Assembly (NCBI GenBank): GCA_031413515.1 | Contig: JANOFF010000143.1 | Location: forward strand, 10,539-74,538 | DNA: 64,000 nucleotides | Direction of reading: 5' to 3' | Source: a bacterium | GTDB taxonomy: Bacteria; Myxococcota_A; UBA9160; UBA4427 | Shown: one piece after another, positions 1 to 9,320 of the stretch | Position numbering within the stretch: position 1 is the stretch's first letter | How the letters are laid out: the number at the start of each line of letters is the position of its first letter | Notes under the pieces: model-generated | The model's input: the letters and a program-made list of their open reading frames with translations, nothing else | Database searches by the model: none | Told to the model about the DNA's origin: nothing | Program-made: the position numbers and the translations under genes

Positions 1-22
1 GGCTCACGGCGAAAGATTCCCG

Positions 23-1588
23 ATGACGCGCAATTTCTGGATTGGTGCCGCGGTTGCCATGCCCGGGCTTCTGCTCTTCCTCTGGAAGGTCTTCGGTCTC
101 GGTCTTCCTGTGGCGCCGAGCGAACCCCAGGATCTGTGGCGGGTCGAACTCGAGATCCAGACACGCAGCGTCGCGCGCGGCGGCAGTATCAGCGCGGCAC
201 TGCCGAGCAGTGGTCCGGGACAGGAAATCGACGACTCGCTGGCGATGAGCGATCGGCTCCACTTCTCGGTCGTTCGCGACGGTCCGCGTCAGATCGGCAT
301 CTGGAAGGGCTCCTTCTCCGGTGTGCACCACGTGTCCCACGCCTTTCGCGCCCAGTTGATCGGCGACGTGGTCGAGGTCAAGGACACCGATGGACTGTTG
401 CCGAGCGAGGAGATCGTCCGGCGCTACACCGAAACGACGACGACGCTTCCGGTCAACGATCCGGAGATCTGGACCTTTCTGCTGGGGCTCGAGTTGCGCG
501 GCCCGGAGGATCAGCTGGGACGGGCGCGTGGCCTGTTGACCTTCGTGGCCGACGAGATCGAACTCGTTCCGGACGGCAACTCAGACGCGCTCATCTGCCT
601 TGCGACCCGCGAGTGCGGAATGCTCGGCAAGGAACGTCTGCTCGCCACACTGCTGCGCGCGTCCGGTCTGCCTGCGCGGGTCGTCCAGGGACTGAGTCTG
701 CAACGAGGTCGAGAGCCGGAAGAGGCGGCCTGGGTGGATGTCTGGCAGGGCGGCTGGGTGCCGGTCTCCGCCTCCCGGGGCTTCTTCGGTCGCAGGCCGA
801 GTGATCTGCTCGCGATCACCGTCGGCGACGAACCGCTGGTGCAGAGCGTCGGAATGGCGGCGACGAACTTCCGCTACCGCGCGCTGCCCGAGGACTTCCG
901 ACCCGACGAACTGGCCGCGTTGATGGTTCCCTCCAGCCTGATCCTGGCGCCGATCTCCCTGTATCGGTTGCCGGTGGCGACGCAGAGCGTGCTGAGGGTG
1001 TTGCTGGTGGTTCCTCTGGGCGCGCTGCTCCTCGCATTGCTGCGAAACGTCGTGGGGATCTCGACGTTCGGAACTTTCCTGCCGGTGCTGCTCGCGCTGG
1101 CGCTGCGCGAGAGCGATCTCGCCGTCGGTCTCGTCATGCTGTTCGGCGTGGTCGGTCTGGGCCTGGTTGCGCGAGTGCTGATGGATCGACTCCACCTCCT
1201 GCTGGTCCCGCGACTGTGCATCGTCCTCTGTCTCGTCGTGCTCGCCATCGTCACCATGGCGATGTTCGGACGCGGATTCGAGCAGCGTGATCTGATGAGC
1301 GGTGTGTTCTTCCCGTTGGTGATCATCACGATGCTGATCGAGCGCTTCTCGATCAGCCTCGCCGAAGAGGGCCTTCGCAATTCGATGACGCGGCTGGCGT
1401 GGTCCGTCGGCGTCACCATCATGGTCTATCCGCTATTCCAGAGCGCGACTCTCTCGCATCTGATGTTCGGATTCCCCGAGCTGGTTTTCGTCGTGATGGG
1501 GGTGCTGGTCTGGATCGGTGGCTACACCGGGTACCGCATCTCCGAGTTGATCCGTTTCCGAAGTCTCGCCGCCCAGGCCGCGGGCTGA
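23..1588 (+). CDS. Inactive-transglutaminase / 7TM fusion membrane protein (Transglut_i_TM + 7TM_transglut type)
   Basis: 521-aa ORF. It has an N-terminal hydrophobic anchor and a transglutaminase-like core (RECGMLG...LLRASGLPARVV...AAWVDVW..GWVPVSAS). The Cys is retained, but the canonical His and Asp positions read Ala and Ser. The C-terminal half has about 7 hydrophobic helices. The gene ends 4 nt before the RimK-like ligase. Confidence 0.8.
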   Translation: MTRNFWIGAAVAMPGLLLFLWKVFGLGLPVAPSEPQDLWRVELEIQTRSVARGGSISAALPSSGPGQEIDDSLAMSDRLHFSVVRDGPRQIGIWKGSFSGVHHVSHAFRAQLIGDVVEVKDTDGLLPSEEIVRRYTETTTTLPVNDPEIWTFLLGLELRGPEDQLGRARGLLTFVADEIELVPDGNSDALICLATRECGMLGKERLLATLLRASGLPARVVQGLSLQRGREPEEAAWVDVWQGGWVPVSASRGFFGRRPSDLLAITVGDEPLVQSVGMAATNFRYRALPEDFRPDELAALMVPSSLILAPISLYRLPVATQSVLRVLLVVPLGALLLALLRNVVGISTFGTFLPVLLALALRESDLAVGLVMLFGVVGLGLVARVLMDRLHLLLVPRLCIVLCLVVLAIVTMAMFGRGFEQRDLMSGVFFPLVIITMLIERFSISLAEEGLRNSMTRLAWSVGVTIMVYPLFQSATLSHLMFGFPELVFVVMGVLVWIGGYTGYRISELIRFRSLAAQAAG

Positions 1589-1592
1589 TCGG

Positions 1593-2549
1593 ATGCTGAA
1601 GACATTGAAGTCGCTTCGCGCGATGGGGCTGCTCGGGATCAACCGCCGGAACACGTCGTACACGCTCAAGTGGAATGACCGCCGCTTCTATCCCCTCGTC
1701 GACGACAAGCTCCAGACGAAGCGACTGTGCGAGCAGGCCGGCATTCCGACTGCGCGGCTTCTCACCGTGGCCGAGCGGGTCGGCGATCTGGCCACCCTGT
1801 TCGACGAGTTGGAGGGCCACAACGATTTCGTGCTGAAGCCCGCCCGGGGTGCCATGGGCAATGGAATCCTGGTCATCAAGGCCCGCGACGGGATCATGCT
1901 CCAGAAGGCCGGGGGATCATGGATCGACCAGGAGGCCTTCACCTTCCATGCGTCGGGCATCATCTCGGGTCTGTACGCATTGGGCGGTCGGCCGGACGTG
2001 GCGCTCGTGGAAGAGCGCCTGATCGTGCACCCCGAACTCGCCGCCATCTGTCGCGATGGTGTGCCCGATTATCGGGTCATCGTATTCCGGGGCATTCCCG
2101 TGATGGCGATGGTCAGACTGCCGACCGAGGTCTCGGCCGGCCGGGCGAATCTGCATCAGGGCGCCGTGGGCATCGGAGTGAATCTGGCCACCTGCCGCAG
2201 TTCCCACGCGGTGATCCGGTCGAGGCCGACCACCCACCATCCGGATACGGGCGAGGCAGTGGTGGATCGCTTGATCCCTGGTTTCGCCCGGGCGGTCGAC
2301 ATCGCCGTCCAGGCGACCGATCTGGTCCACCTGGGCTACGTCGGCGCGGACATCGTCGTGGACGCGACGCGCGGTCCGGTCGTGCTCGAATTGAACGCGC
2401 GGCCCGGGCTCGCGATCCAGATCGCGAATCGCTGCGGTCTGCTTCCGAGACTCAACGAAGTCGAACGCCGCTGGCGCCCCGGGATGTCGCTCGAGGATCG
2501 GCTGTCGCTGGGCCGCGAGATCGCCGGTCGACTCGGTGCTGCAGCATGA
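1593..2549 (+). CDS. alpha-L-glutamate ligase-like protein (RimK-related ATP-grasp)
   Basis: 318-aa ORF. The N-terminus LGINRRNTSYTLKWNDRRFYPLVDDKLQTKRLCEQAGIPT and the ATP-grasp body are typical of the RimK-related ligase family that pairs with 7TM-transglutaminase proteins. Confidence 0.85.
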   Translation: MLKTLKSLRAMGLLGINRRNTSYTLKWNDRRFYPLVDDKLQTKRLCEQAGIPTARLLTVAERVGDLATLFDELEGHNDFVLKPARGAMGNGILVIKARDGIMLQKAGGSWIDQEAFTFHASGIISGLYALGGRPDVALVEERLIVHPELAAICRDGVPDYRVIVFRGIPVMAMVRLPTEVSAGRANLHQGAVGIGVNLATCRSSHAVIRSRPTTHHPDTGEAVVDRLIPGFARAVDIAVQATDLVHLGYVGADIVVDATRGPVVLELNARPGLAIQIANRCGLLPRLNEVERRWRPGMSLEDRLSLGREIAGRLGAAA

Positions 2550-3856
2550 GAGGAGGCGTGGACGTGATCGGAATCCTCTTGCGAGCGCGAGCGACCGGAA
2601 CCGTCGTTCTCTTCGCGTTCGCTCTGTCGATCCTCTTCTCGTCCTCGCCTCCGGTGCAGGCCCAGGATGTCGCTCCGACCAAGAAGAAGAAGCGTGAAGA
2701 GATCCTCTACGAGGCTCGCGTGGTGCCGTCCGAGGGGACGATCCGCATGACGATCGATCTGTCCGAGGTCCCGGGTCGTTTCGAATGGTTCCGCTTCCGC
2801 ATCGATCCCAACCGGCATACGGCCTTCTCGGGTGATGGTGTGGTGACGGAAGTCGACGGGGCCGTCGAATGGGTTCCGCCCGCGAATGGAGGCCGGCTCG
2901 AGTACACGTTCAAGATCGATCACCTGCGAGACTCGCGGACCTACGACGGCCGAGGCGCGCGCACCTGGGCGATCTTCCGAGGCGACGATCTGGTTCCGCC
3001 CGCACGCAGCCGCTTCGTCGACGGCACCCGGACCCACGCGCGCATCCAGTTCCTGATGCCCGAGAAGTGGAAGGTCGCATCGCCGCATCCATTGGTGCGT
3101 GGCAATGCGTATCGGATCGAAGGCGGCGAACGCGCGTTCACCCGGCCCACCGGCTGGTTCGCACTCGGCGATCTCGGAGTGATCCGCGAGGACGTCGGCG
3201 AAACCAAGGTCTCGATCGCCGGTCCGGTCCGACACGGACTGCACCGGATGGACATCCTCGCGCTGCTACGGCTGACGTTGCCCGAGCTGAACAAGATCCG
3301 GGGCGAACCGCTCGAACGCCTGCTCGTGGTGGGAGCGGGCGATCCGATGTGGCGAGGCGGCTTGTCGGGACCGGGGTCGGTCTATATCCATTCCGAGCGC
3401 CCGCTGATCAGCGCCGATGGGACGAGTCCGCTGCTCCACGAACTCGTCCACACCAGCATGTCAGCCCAGGCGGACGACGACGCGGACTGGATCGTCGAGG
3501 GCATGGCCGAGTACTTCTCGATGGAGCTGCTGCGACGCGTCGATGCCGTATCGGCAGAGCGGATCGAAAACGCCCTCGACGAGATCCGCGGCGCGAAGGG
3601 CCCCAAGAAGGCCGACGGCCATGGCGGCCGCAGCTCGACCCAGCAAGGCCTGCTGTTCATGGTCGAGCTCGACCGTGCGATTCGCGAACGCTCGGGCAAC
3701 CAGAAGAGCCTCGACGACGTGTTCGGTTCGCTCGCGAGGAGCAACGTGCCGGTGAGCTTCGCGGTCCTCGAAGCAGCGGTCGCATCATCGACGGGACTCG
3801 ATCCCGCCACCGTGATGCCCGCGACGCCGAAGGTCGACGGCGCTACGGGTAACTAG
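2546..3856 (+). CDS. Secreted MA-clan (gluzincin-like) zinc metallopeptidase
   Basis: The ATG at 2546 overlaps the ligase stop (ATGA). A signal-peptide-like N-terminus ends in PPVQAQ. An HExxH motif (LLHELVHT) is followed about 18 residues later by WIVEGMAEYF, as in the M1/M61-type HExxH...E arrangement. The upstream part of the 709-aa ORF is an out-of-context extension across the ligase gene. Confidence 0.65.
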   Translation: MRGGVDVIGILLRARATGTVVLFAFALSILFSSSPPVQAQDVAPTKKKKREEILYEARVVPSEGTIRMTIDLSEVPGRFEWFRFRIDPNRHTAFSGDGVVTEVDGAVEWVPPANGGRLEYTFKIDHLRDSRTYDGRGARTWAIFRGDDLVPPARSRFVDGTRTHARIQFLMPEKWKVASPHPLVRGNAYRIEGGERAFTRPTGWFALGDLGVIREDVGETKVSIAGPVRHGLHRMDILALLRLTLPELNKIRGEPLERLLVVGAGDPMWRGGLSGPGSVYIHSERPLISADGTSPLLHELVHTSMSAQADDDADWIVEGMAEYFSMELLRRVDAVSAERIENALDEIRGAKGPKKADGHGGRSSTQQGLLFMVELDRAIRERSGNQKSLDDVFGSLARSNVPVSFAVLEAAVASSTGLDPATVMPATPKVDGATGN

Positions 3857-3934
3857 AGAAGCAGTCGCGGCGGCGGCGCGAGTCGGGCAGGGTGCGCGCC
3901 GAGATCCGAAGCGGGGACAGCGGCTGCCGTTTCG

Positions 3935-4010
3935 TGGTGGAGCCGGCGGGAATCGAACCCGCGACCTCCTGAATGCCATTCAGGCACTCTCCCAACTGAG
4001 CTACGGCCCC
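3935..4010 (-). tRNA. tRNA-Ala (anticodon GGC)
   Basis: The reverse complement reads GGGGCCGTAGCTCAGTTGGGAGAGTGCCTGAATGGCATTCAGGAGGTCGCGGGTTCGATTCCCGCCGGCTCCACCA. It has a G3:U70 pair, the anticodon loop AT-GGC-AT, a TTCGATT T-loop and an encoded CCA. Confidence 0.93.
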
Positions 4011-4113
4011 ACGAGGGCGCGCAGGCTACCCCGGGCGCAGGTCTGTGTCAAAGCCACGCGGTCGTCGATGCATCGTGGCATGCGTATTCTGCAGGGGTAT
4101 CCTCGGCCGCCGC

Positions 4114-4200
4114 GCCGGAGTGGCGAAATTGGTATACGCAGGGGACTCAAAATCCCCCGACCGCAAGGTTGTGCGGGTTCGAGTCCCGCCTCCGGCACCA
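4114..4200 (+). tRNA. tRNA-Leu (anticodon CAA)
   Basis: GCCGGAGTGGCGAAATTGGTATACGCAGGGGACTCAAAATCCCC...GGTTCGAGTCCCGCCTCCGGCACCA. It has a long variable arm, the anticodon loop CT-CAA-AA and an encoded CCA. Confidence 0.92.
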
Positions 4201-4337
4201 TTCATCACCGCAGTGGCTCGACCGAAGTCCCGATCACGCCGACCTCCTTTTCACTCGTCCCGCTTCGCGGATCTGCAGCGTGATCGACGTCGGGTTCCGT
4301 TGTCGCCCGGCCGGAGTCGGTCCGATAGCGTATCGAC

Positions 4338-5498
4338 ATGGGCAGGCCCGCTCCCCGACTACGGCCCGATCAGTTCGACCGCTACCGACGCCATCTGGCG
4401 CTGCCCGAGATGGGCGTAGAGGGGCAGACTCGGCTGCTCGAATCCAGTGTCCTGCTGATCGGCGCAGGCGGTCTCGGCTGCCCGCTTGCCCTGTATCTCG
4501 CGGCCGCCGGTGTCGGTCGCATCGGACTGGTCGACGACGACGTCGTGGACGCATCGAATCTCCAGCGACAGGTGCTCTATTCGACTGCCGACATCGGTCG
4601 TCCGAAGGTCGACGTGGCATCCGAACGGATCCGAGCGCTGAACCCCGATGTCGAGGTGCACGGGCATGCCGTCCGACTCGATTCTGGCAATGCACTCGAG
4701 TTGTTCGCAGCCTACGACGTGATCGTGGACGGCACGGACAACTTTCCCACTCGATACCTGAGCAACGACGCCTGCGTGTTGCTCGGCAAGCCGAACGTCT
4801 ACGGCTCGATCTTCCGTTTCGAGGGACAGGTCAGTGTCTTCGATGCACGACACGGCCCGTGCTATCGCTGCCTCTACCCGGAACCGCCGCCGCCCGGCGC
4901 GGTGCCGTCGTGTGCCGAGGGCGGCGTGCTCGGAGTCCTGCCGGGGGTGATCGCCATGATCCAGGCGACCGAGACGCTGAAACTCCTGACCGGGATCGGA
5001 ACCTCGCTGGTCGGGCGTTTGTTGCTGTACGACGCGCTCGCGATGGAATGGAACGAGTTCCGCCTCAACAAGGACGCCGCTTGTCCCGTGTGTGGCGAAT
5101 CGCCGAGTGTGACGGGGTTGATCGACTATGCGGGTTTCTGCGGCATGCCGGCCCGAGAGGATTCCCGGCCGACGATTCCGATCGTTCGCGCCATCGATCT
5201 CCGGAGCCGCCTCGAGAGGGGCGAGGAGTTGCTGCTTCTCGACGTCCGGGATCCGGACGAGTTCGCCAAGGCGAGCATTCCGTCGGCGCGGCTCATCCCG
5301 CTCTCCGAACTCGCCAGCCGGATCGATGAACTTGCCGGATGGCGCGAGCGTCCCGTGGTGGTGCATTGTCATCACGGTCCGCGCAGTGCGAGGGCGGGTG
5401 CGCTGCTCGTCGAACACGGCTTCCACGCGGTCGAGAATCTCGACGGAGGCATCGAGGCCTGGTCGTTGACGGTGGATCCGGGCGTTCCGCGCTACTGA
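4338..5498 (+). CDS. moeB: Molybdopterin-synthase/ThiF-type adenylyltransferase with C-terminal rhodanese domain (MoeB/MoeZ type)
   Basis: 386 aa. FDRYRRHLALPEMGVEGQ..IGAGGLGCP..DDDVVDASNLQRQ, CxxC pairs (CYRC, CPVC) and a C-terminal rhodanese domain with the active-site loop VVHCHHGPRS. Confidence 0.9.
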   Translation: MGRPAPRLRPDQFDRYRRHLALPEMGVEGQTRLLESSVLLIGAGGLGCPLALYLAAAGVGRIGLVDDDVVDASNLQRQVLYSTADIGRPKVDVASERIRALNPDVEVHGHAVRLDSGNALELFAAYDVIVDGTDNFPTRYLSNDACVLLGKPNVYGSIFRFEGQVSVFDARHGPCYRCLYPEPPPPGAVPSCAEGGVLGVLPGVIAMIQATETLKLLTGIGTSLVGRLLLYDALAMEWNEFRLNKDAACPVCGESPSVTGLIDYAGFCGMPAREDSRPTIPIVRAIDLRSRLERGEELLLLDVRDPDEFAKASIPSARLIPLSELASRIDELAGWRERPVVVHCHHGPRSARAGALLVEHGFHAVENLDGGIEAWSLTVDPGVPRY

Positions 5499-5558
5499 GA
5501 ACACATCACGAGGTCCGTCAGCGTCGGCTCGACGGTCGGTCTCCAGGAGTCGAACCAC

Positions 5559-5903
5559 ATGGCCAAGAGCGATATCCCCGATCCGCTGCGCCGCCGTCAT
5601 CTGATCGAGCAGGATCTGACCGAAGTGCAGAGTCTCGAGATCGCCGACGCCTACCTCGCGGCGGATCGCGTCCCGGAGTCTCTGGCTTTCCTCATCAAGG
5701 CCGGCGCACGCGAAAGAATCGAGGCCCTGATCGATCGCGCCGTATCCGACGGTGACACCTTCCTGTTGAAGCAACTCGCCGATGCGGCTTCGGCGGATCC
5801 CGGGACTGCGCGCTGGCTGGCGGCGGCGGATGCCGCCGAGGCGGCCGGCAAGCTCCGCTATGCCGAGATGGCCCGGCGTCACGCGCGCAGCAGCGAGGAA
5901 TGA
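5559..5903 (+). CDS. Hypothetical protein (114 aa, helical, Ala/Asp-rich)
   Basis: ATG preceded by CAGGAG at about 9 nt. Third-codon positions are strongly G/C, like the neighbouring genes. I recognise no family. Confidence 0.55.
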   Translation: MAKSDIPDPLRRRHLIEQDLTEVQSLEIADAYLAADRVPESLAFLIKAGARERIEALIDRAVSDGDTFLLKQLADAASADPGTARWLAAADAAEAAGKLRYAEMARRHARSSEE

Positions 5904-6096
5904 TCCGATTGACCGAGGGGTCGATCGACTCGTAGACTGTGGCGTCGAATCGCCGTCACAGTGCTTCCTCGACGCCCCGAACGAAGCGGAATCATCCGAT
6001 CCCGATCCGGAAAAGGGCGGGTGTTTGCACGGCATCTGGACTCCGGTCCCGCGCCCATCCCACCGGTCACCGGCCACCGCAAAGGAGCGCGTCGCC

Positions 6097-6441
6097 GTGG
6101 AGAGTCTTCAGTCGCCGAGTTCGCTCGGGGCTGCCGTCGAGTGGCTCCGAAAGGCCTTTCGCGCCGAGGCGGCCGCGGACGTGCGGGTCGCCTACCGGTT
6201 CGAGCTGGCCGGAGCGGGAGGCGGCGTGCTCCGGGTCCGGGTGGAATGCGGACGACTCGATCTCGGCGAAGGGACGAAGGAGGCATCGGACGTGACGTTC
6301 CGGCTGTCCGCGCAGGACTTCTTCGGGGTTCTCGCCGGGCGCGAGAATCCGGATCTGCTCTTCATGGAGGAGCGCCTCGTCGTCGAGGGGGATCTGTCTC
6401 GTGCGCTCGCACTTCGCAGGATCTTCCAGGCGCGAATCTGA
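6097..6441 (+). CDS. SCP2 sterol-binding-domain protein
   Basis: The GTG at 6097 is preceded by AAGGAG (6082-6087). The sequence ...VAYRFELAGAGGGVLRVRVECGRLDLGEG...DVTFRLSAQDFFGVLAGRENPDLLFMEERLVVEGDLSRALAL is typical of SCP2. The upstream part of the 219-aa ORF looks non-coding. Confidence 0.75.
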   Translation: MESLQSPSSLGAAVEWLRKAFRAEAAADVRVAYRFELAGAGGGVLRVRVECGRLDLGEGTKEASDVTFRLSAQDFFGVLAGRENPDLLFMEERLVVEGDLSRALALRRIFQARI

Positions 6442-6481
6442 CGCCCGCGATCGACCTTCGCGAAGATGCCTCGAGGCAGCC

Positions 6482-9268
6482 ATGCGTCAGACGGAAATCC
6501 GGATCGAGAATGCGCGCACCCACAACCTGCAGGGTGTGAGCTGCCGGATTCCCCTCGGCGCGCTGACCGTCGTGACCGGTCCGTCGGGTTCGGGCAAGTC
6601 GACGCTGGCATTCGACACACTCTACGCGGAAGGTCAGCGCCGATACGTGACCTCGCTCTCGAGCTATGCGCGTCAATTTCTCGAGCGTCTGCCGCGACCG
6701 CAGGTGGATTCGATCTCGAGCCTCCCGCCTGCGATCGCGATCGAACAGCGCAATCGCATCGCCAATGCGCGCAGCACGGTCGGGACGGCGACGGAGATCG
6801 TCGACGGGCTGCGGCTCCTCTTTGCGAAACTCGGACGCACGCGTTGTCCCGATTGTGGGACCCTCGTCGAGCGCGGCAGCGTGACCGGCGTGGCGGATCG
6901 GGTCGCGGAGCGCTTCGCCGGCGAGCGGGTGCTGATCGGGGCGATGCCCGCCTCGCGACCGGGTGAATCGTCGGACGAACGGCGCCTTCGACTGATCGCG
7001 GATGGGGAAACCCGTCTGCTCACCCGGGATGGTCGCGTGCTCGACTGGTCGGAAGATGATCGGCCTGCTTCAGAGCTGCTCGAAGAAGCGCCGCTGCTGC
7101 TGATCGATCGCCTCGCGCTTCCGTCCCGGGATCTCGATCCGGATCTGACTCTACGAGGTCGGCTCTCGGAGGCCGTATCACGTGCATTCGAGCGCGGCGC
7201 GGGAGAACTCGAGGTCTCGTCGACCACCGGCGACCGGGTCACGTACCGCGCCGGACTCGTCTGCGATGACTGCGGTCGCCGCTTCACCGAACCCGATCCA
7301 TCGCGACTTTCCTTCAACAGCGCACTCGGCGCGTGTGCGGTCTGCCAGGGATTCGGTCGCACGGCCGAGATCGACTGGCACCGCGTGATTCCCGATCCGG
7401 CCCGCAGTCTGGCAGAGGATGCGATCGCTCCGTTCGCGACACCGACGGGTCGCGCCATGCAGCGGGATCTGTTGCGGGCCTGTCGCGATCAGCGGATCGA
7501 CACGGACGCGGCCTGGTCGACCCTCGATGGGGCGGCGCAGCAGTTCGTCCGTGAAGGCGACGGGGGCGACTGGTACGGCGTGAGGGGTTTCTTCGATTGG
7601 CTCGAAGGACGCCGCTACAAGGTGCAGGCCCGCGTGATGATCGCGCGCTATCGCCGCTTCGATCGGTGTGGCGCGTGCGAGGGCACACGGCTCGGAGTCG
7701 ATGCGCGATCGATCGAGATCGAAGGTCGCGATCTCGGCTCCGTGTGTCGCGAGACCGTATCCGGGCTGCGGAGCTGGCTGGGGGGGACCGTCGAAGCACT
7801 GGGCGACACACGCCGGGCAGGCCGGGTGATCGAGATGCTCCGGAACCGTGTCGCGACGGTTGCCGGGGTCGGACTCGGCTACATGGCCCTCGATCGACAG
7901 ATGCGAACCCTGTCGGGAGGCGAAGCCCAGCGGATCCAGCTCGCGACTGCGCTCGGCGGAGGACTGACGGCATCGCTCTACGTGCTCGACGAGCCGTCCA
8001 TCGGGCTGCATCCCCGCGATATCGAGCGGCTGCTCGAGGTGATCCGGGCGATCCGGGATCGCGGCAACACGGTCGTGGTCGTCGAGCACGCGCGGGAGTT
8101 CCTGCACTCGGCAGACCACGTGATCGATCTCGGGCCGGGCGCCGGGCGGCTCGGCGGGCGTGTTGTCGCGCAGGGTTCGCTCGAAGACGTGCGCGCATGT
8201 GCGGAATCCGTGACGGGGAAGCTGCTGCGCGGCGAGATCGGGCGCCGCCCTCCCGTGCGGAGAGGGATGAGGGGGCCGGTGCTCGGCATCCGCGGTGCGC
8301 GAGTCCACAACCTGCAGGGCCTCGATGTCGATGTGCCGCTCGAGCGATTCGTCGTGGTGACCGGTGTGTCCGGCGCAGGAAAGTCGACACTGGTCCGAGC
8401 GGTCCTTGCCAGCGTTCTGGCGCCCGGCCTGAACCCCGAGACAGATCGCCCGCCCTGCGACCGCATCGAGGGTGCTGATCGGATTCGCGAGGTTGTGATC
8501 GTCGACGCGACGCCGGCCGTCCGCAGTCCGCGGTCCAATCCGGCCACGGTGTCGAAAGCCTTCGATCAGATCCGTGCCCGATTTGCGGCCACGCGCGAGG
8601 CCCGCGCGCTGGGGGTCGGCCCCGGCTGGTTCTCGTTCAATGTGGCGGGCGGACGATGCGACGCCTGCGAGGGGGCCGGCGAGGTCGTGATCGACATGCA
8701 GTTCCTCGATGACGTGCGGGTCCCGTGCGACGCGTGTGACGGCCGTCGTTATCGGCGCGAGGTGCTCGGCGTGAAGCTGGACGGTCGCTCGATCGTCGAC
8801 GTCCTGGCGCTGACGATCGACGAAGCGACCGAGGCGTTCGTCGACGACGGCCGGATCGTCGCGAGGCTCGAGCCGTTCAGTCGCGTCGGTCTCGGGTATC
8901 TCACGCTCGGTCAGCCCCTCTCGACGCTGTCCGGCGGCGAGCACCAGCGTGTACGGCTCGCACTCGGACTCGCCGATCCGTCGCCGGGCAGGCTGTATCT
9001 GCTCGACGAGCCGACCTCGGGATTGCACGCCGCCGACGTCGAGGTGCTGCTCGGTTGTCTCGACGAGATCGTCGACGGCGGTGGCAGCGTGGTGGTGATC
9101 GAACACGACGTCGACGTGATCCTGCGGGCCGATTGGGTGATCGATCTCGGTCCGGAGGGCGGCCCGGGCGGGGGGCAGCTGGTCGTTGCCGGCACTCCTG
9201 AACAGGTCGCACGAACCGCGGGATCCCACACCGGTCGGGCGCTTGCCGCAGCGCTTGCCGGTTCCTGA
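6482..9268 (+). CDS. uvrA: Excinuclease ABC subunit A family ATPase (divergent UvrA / UvrA paralogue)
   Basis: MRQTEIRIENARTHNLQGV...TGPSGSGKSTLAFDTLYAEGQRRYVTSLSSYARQFL. There are two ABC modules (LSGGEAQRIQLA, LSGGEHQRVRLA), zinc-finger CxxC pairs and a second Walker A GVSGAGKSTL. Several otherwise invariant stretches deviate, for example IEQRNRIANARSTVGT. Confidence 0.85.
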   Translation: MRQTEIRIENARTHNLQGVSCRIPLGALTVVTGPSGSGKSTLAFDTLYAEGQRRYVTSLSSYARQFLERLPRPQVDSISSLPPAIAIEQRNRIANARSTVGTATEIVDGLRLLFAKLGRTRCPDCGTLVERGSVTGVADRVAERFAGERVLIGAMPASRPGESSDERRLRLIADGETRLLTRDGRVLDWSEDDRPASELLEEAPLLLIDRLALPSRDLDPDLTLRGRLSEAVSRAFERGAGELEVSSTTGDRVTYRAGLVCDDCGRRFTEPDPSRLSFNSALGACAVCQGFGRTAEIDWHRVIPDPARSLAEDAIAPFATPTGRAMQRDLLRACRDQRIDTDAAWSTLDGAAQQFVREGDGGDWYGVRGFFDWLEGRRYKVQARVMIARYRRFDRCGACEGTRLGVDARSIEIEGRDLGSVCRETVSGLRSWLGGTVEALGDTRRAGRVIEMLRNRVATVAGVGLGYMALDRQMRTLSGGEAQRIQLATALGGGLTASLYVLDEPSIGLHPRDIERLLEVIRAIRDRGNTVVVVEHAREFLHSADHVIDLGPGAGRLGGRVVAQGSLEDVRACAESVTGKLLRGEIGRRPPVRRGMRGPVLGIRGARVHNLQGLDVDVPLERFVVVTGVSGAGKSTLVRAVLASVLAPGLNPETDRPPCDRIEGADRIREVVIVDATPAVRSPRSNPATVSKAFDQIRARFAATREARALGVGPGWFSFNVAGGRCDACEGAGEVVIDMQFLDDVRVPCDACDGRRYRREVLGVKLDGRSIVDVLALTIDEATEAFVDDGRIVARLEPFSRVGLGYLTLGQPLSTLSGGEHQRVRLALGLADPSPGRLYLLDEPTSGLHAADVEVLLGCLDEIVDGGGSVVVIEHDVDVILRADWVIDLGPEGGPGGGQLVVAGTPEQVARTAGSHTGRALAAALAGS

Positions 9269-9320
9269 GACCTCGCGGCCACTCCTCAATGCGCGGCCAC
9301 GTCCGGTCGATCAAGGCAGG

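Noticed and set aside
3857-4337. Integrative element or genomic island at the tRNA-Ala/tRNA-Leu pair, and at tRNA-Leu 50764-50850.
   Set aside because: No integrase, no direct repeat of a tRNA 3' end and no compositional shift were noticed. The flanking genes are ordinary, and secG-tRNA-Leu is a common conserved arrangement.
4359-6077. Very long ORFs antisense to confident genes. Examples are 4359-6077(-) 572 aa, 7178-9289(-) 703 aa, 24346-25935(+) 529 aa, 29159-30979(+) 606 aa, 35894-37834(+) 646 aa and 43930-45612(-) 560 aa.
   Set aside because: They mirror well-supported genes on the other strand (moeB, uvrA, tldD, gspL, gspE, lon). Their products are Arg/Pro/Gly/His-rich with no recognisable motifs. 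Stop-codon-poor shadow frames are expected in GC-rich DNA.
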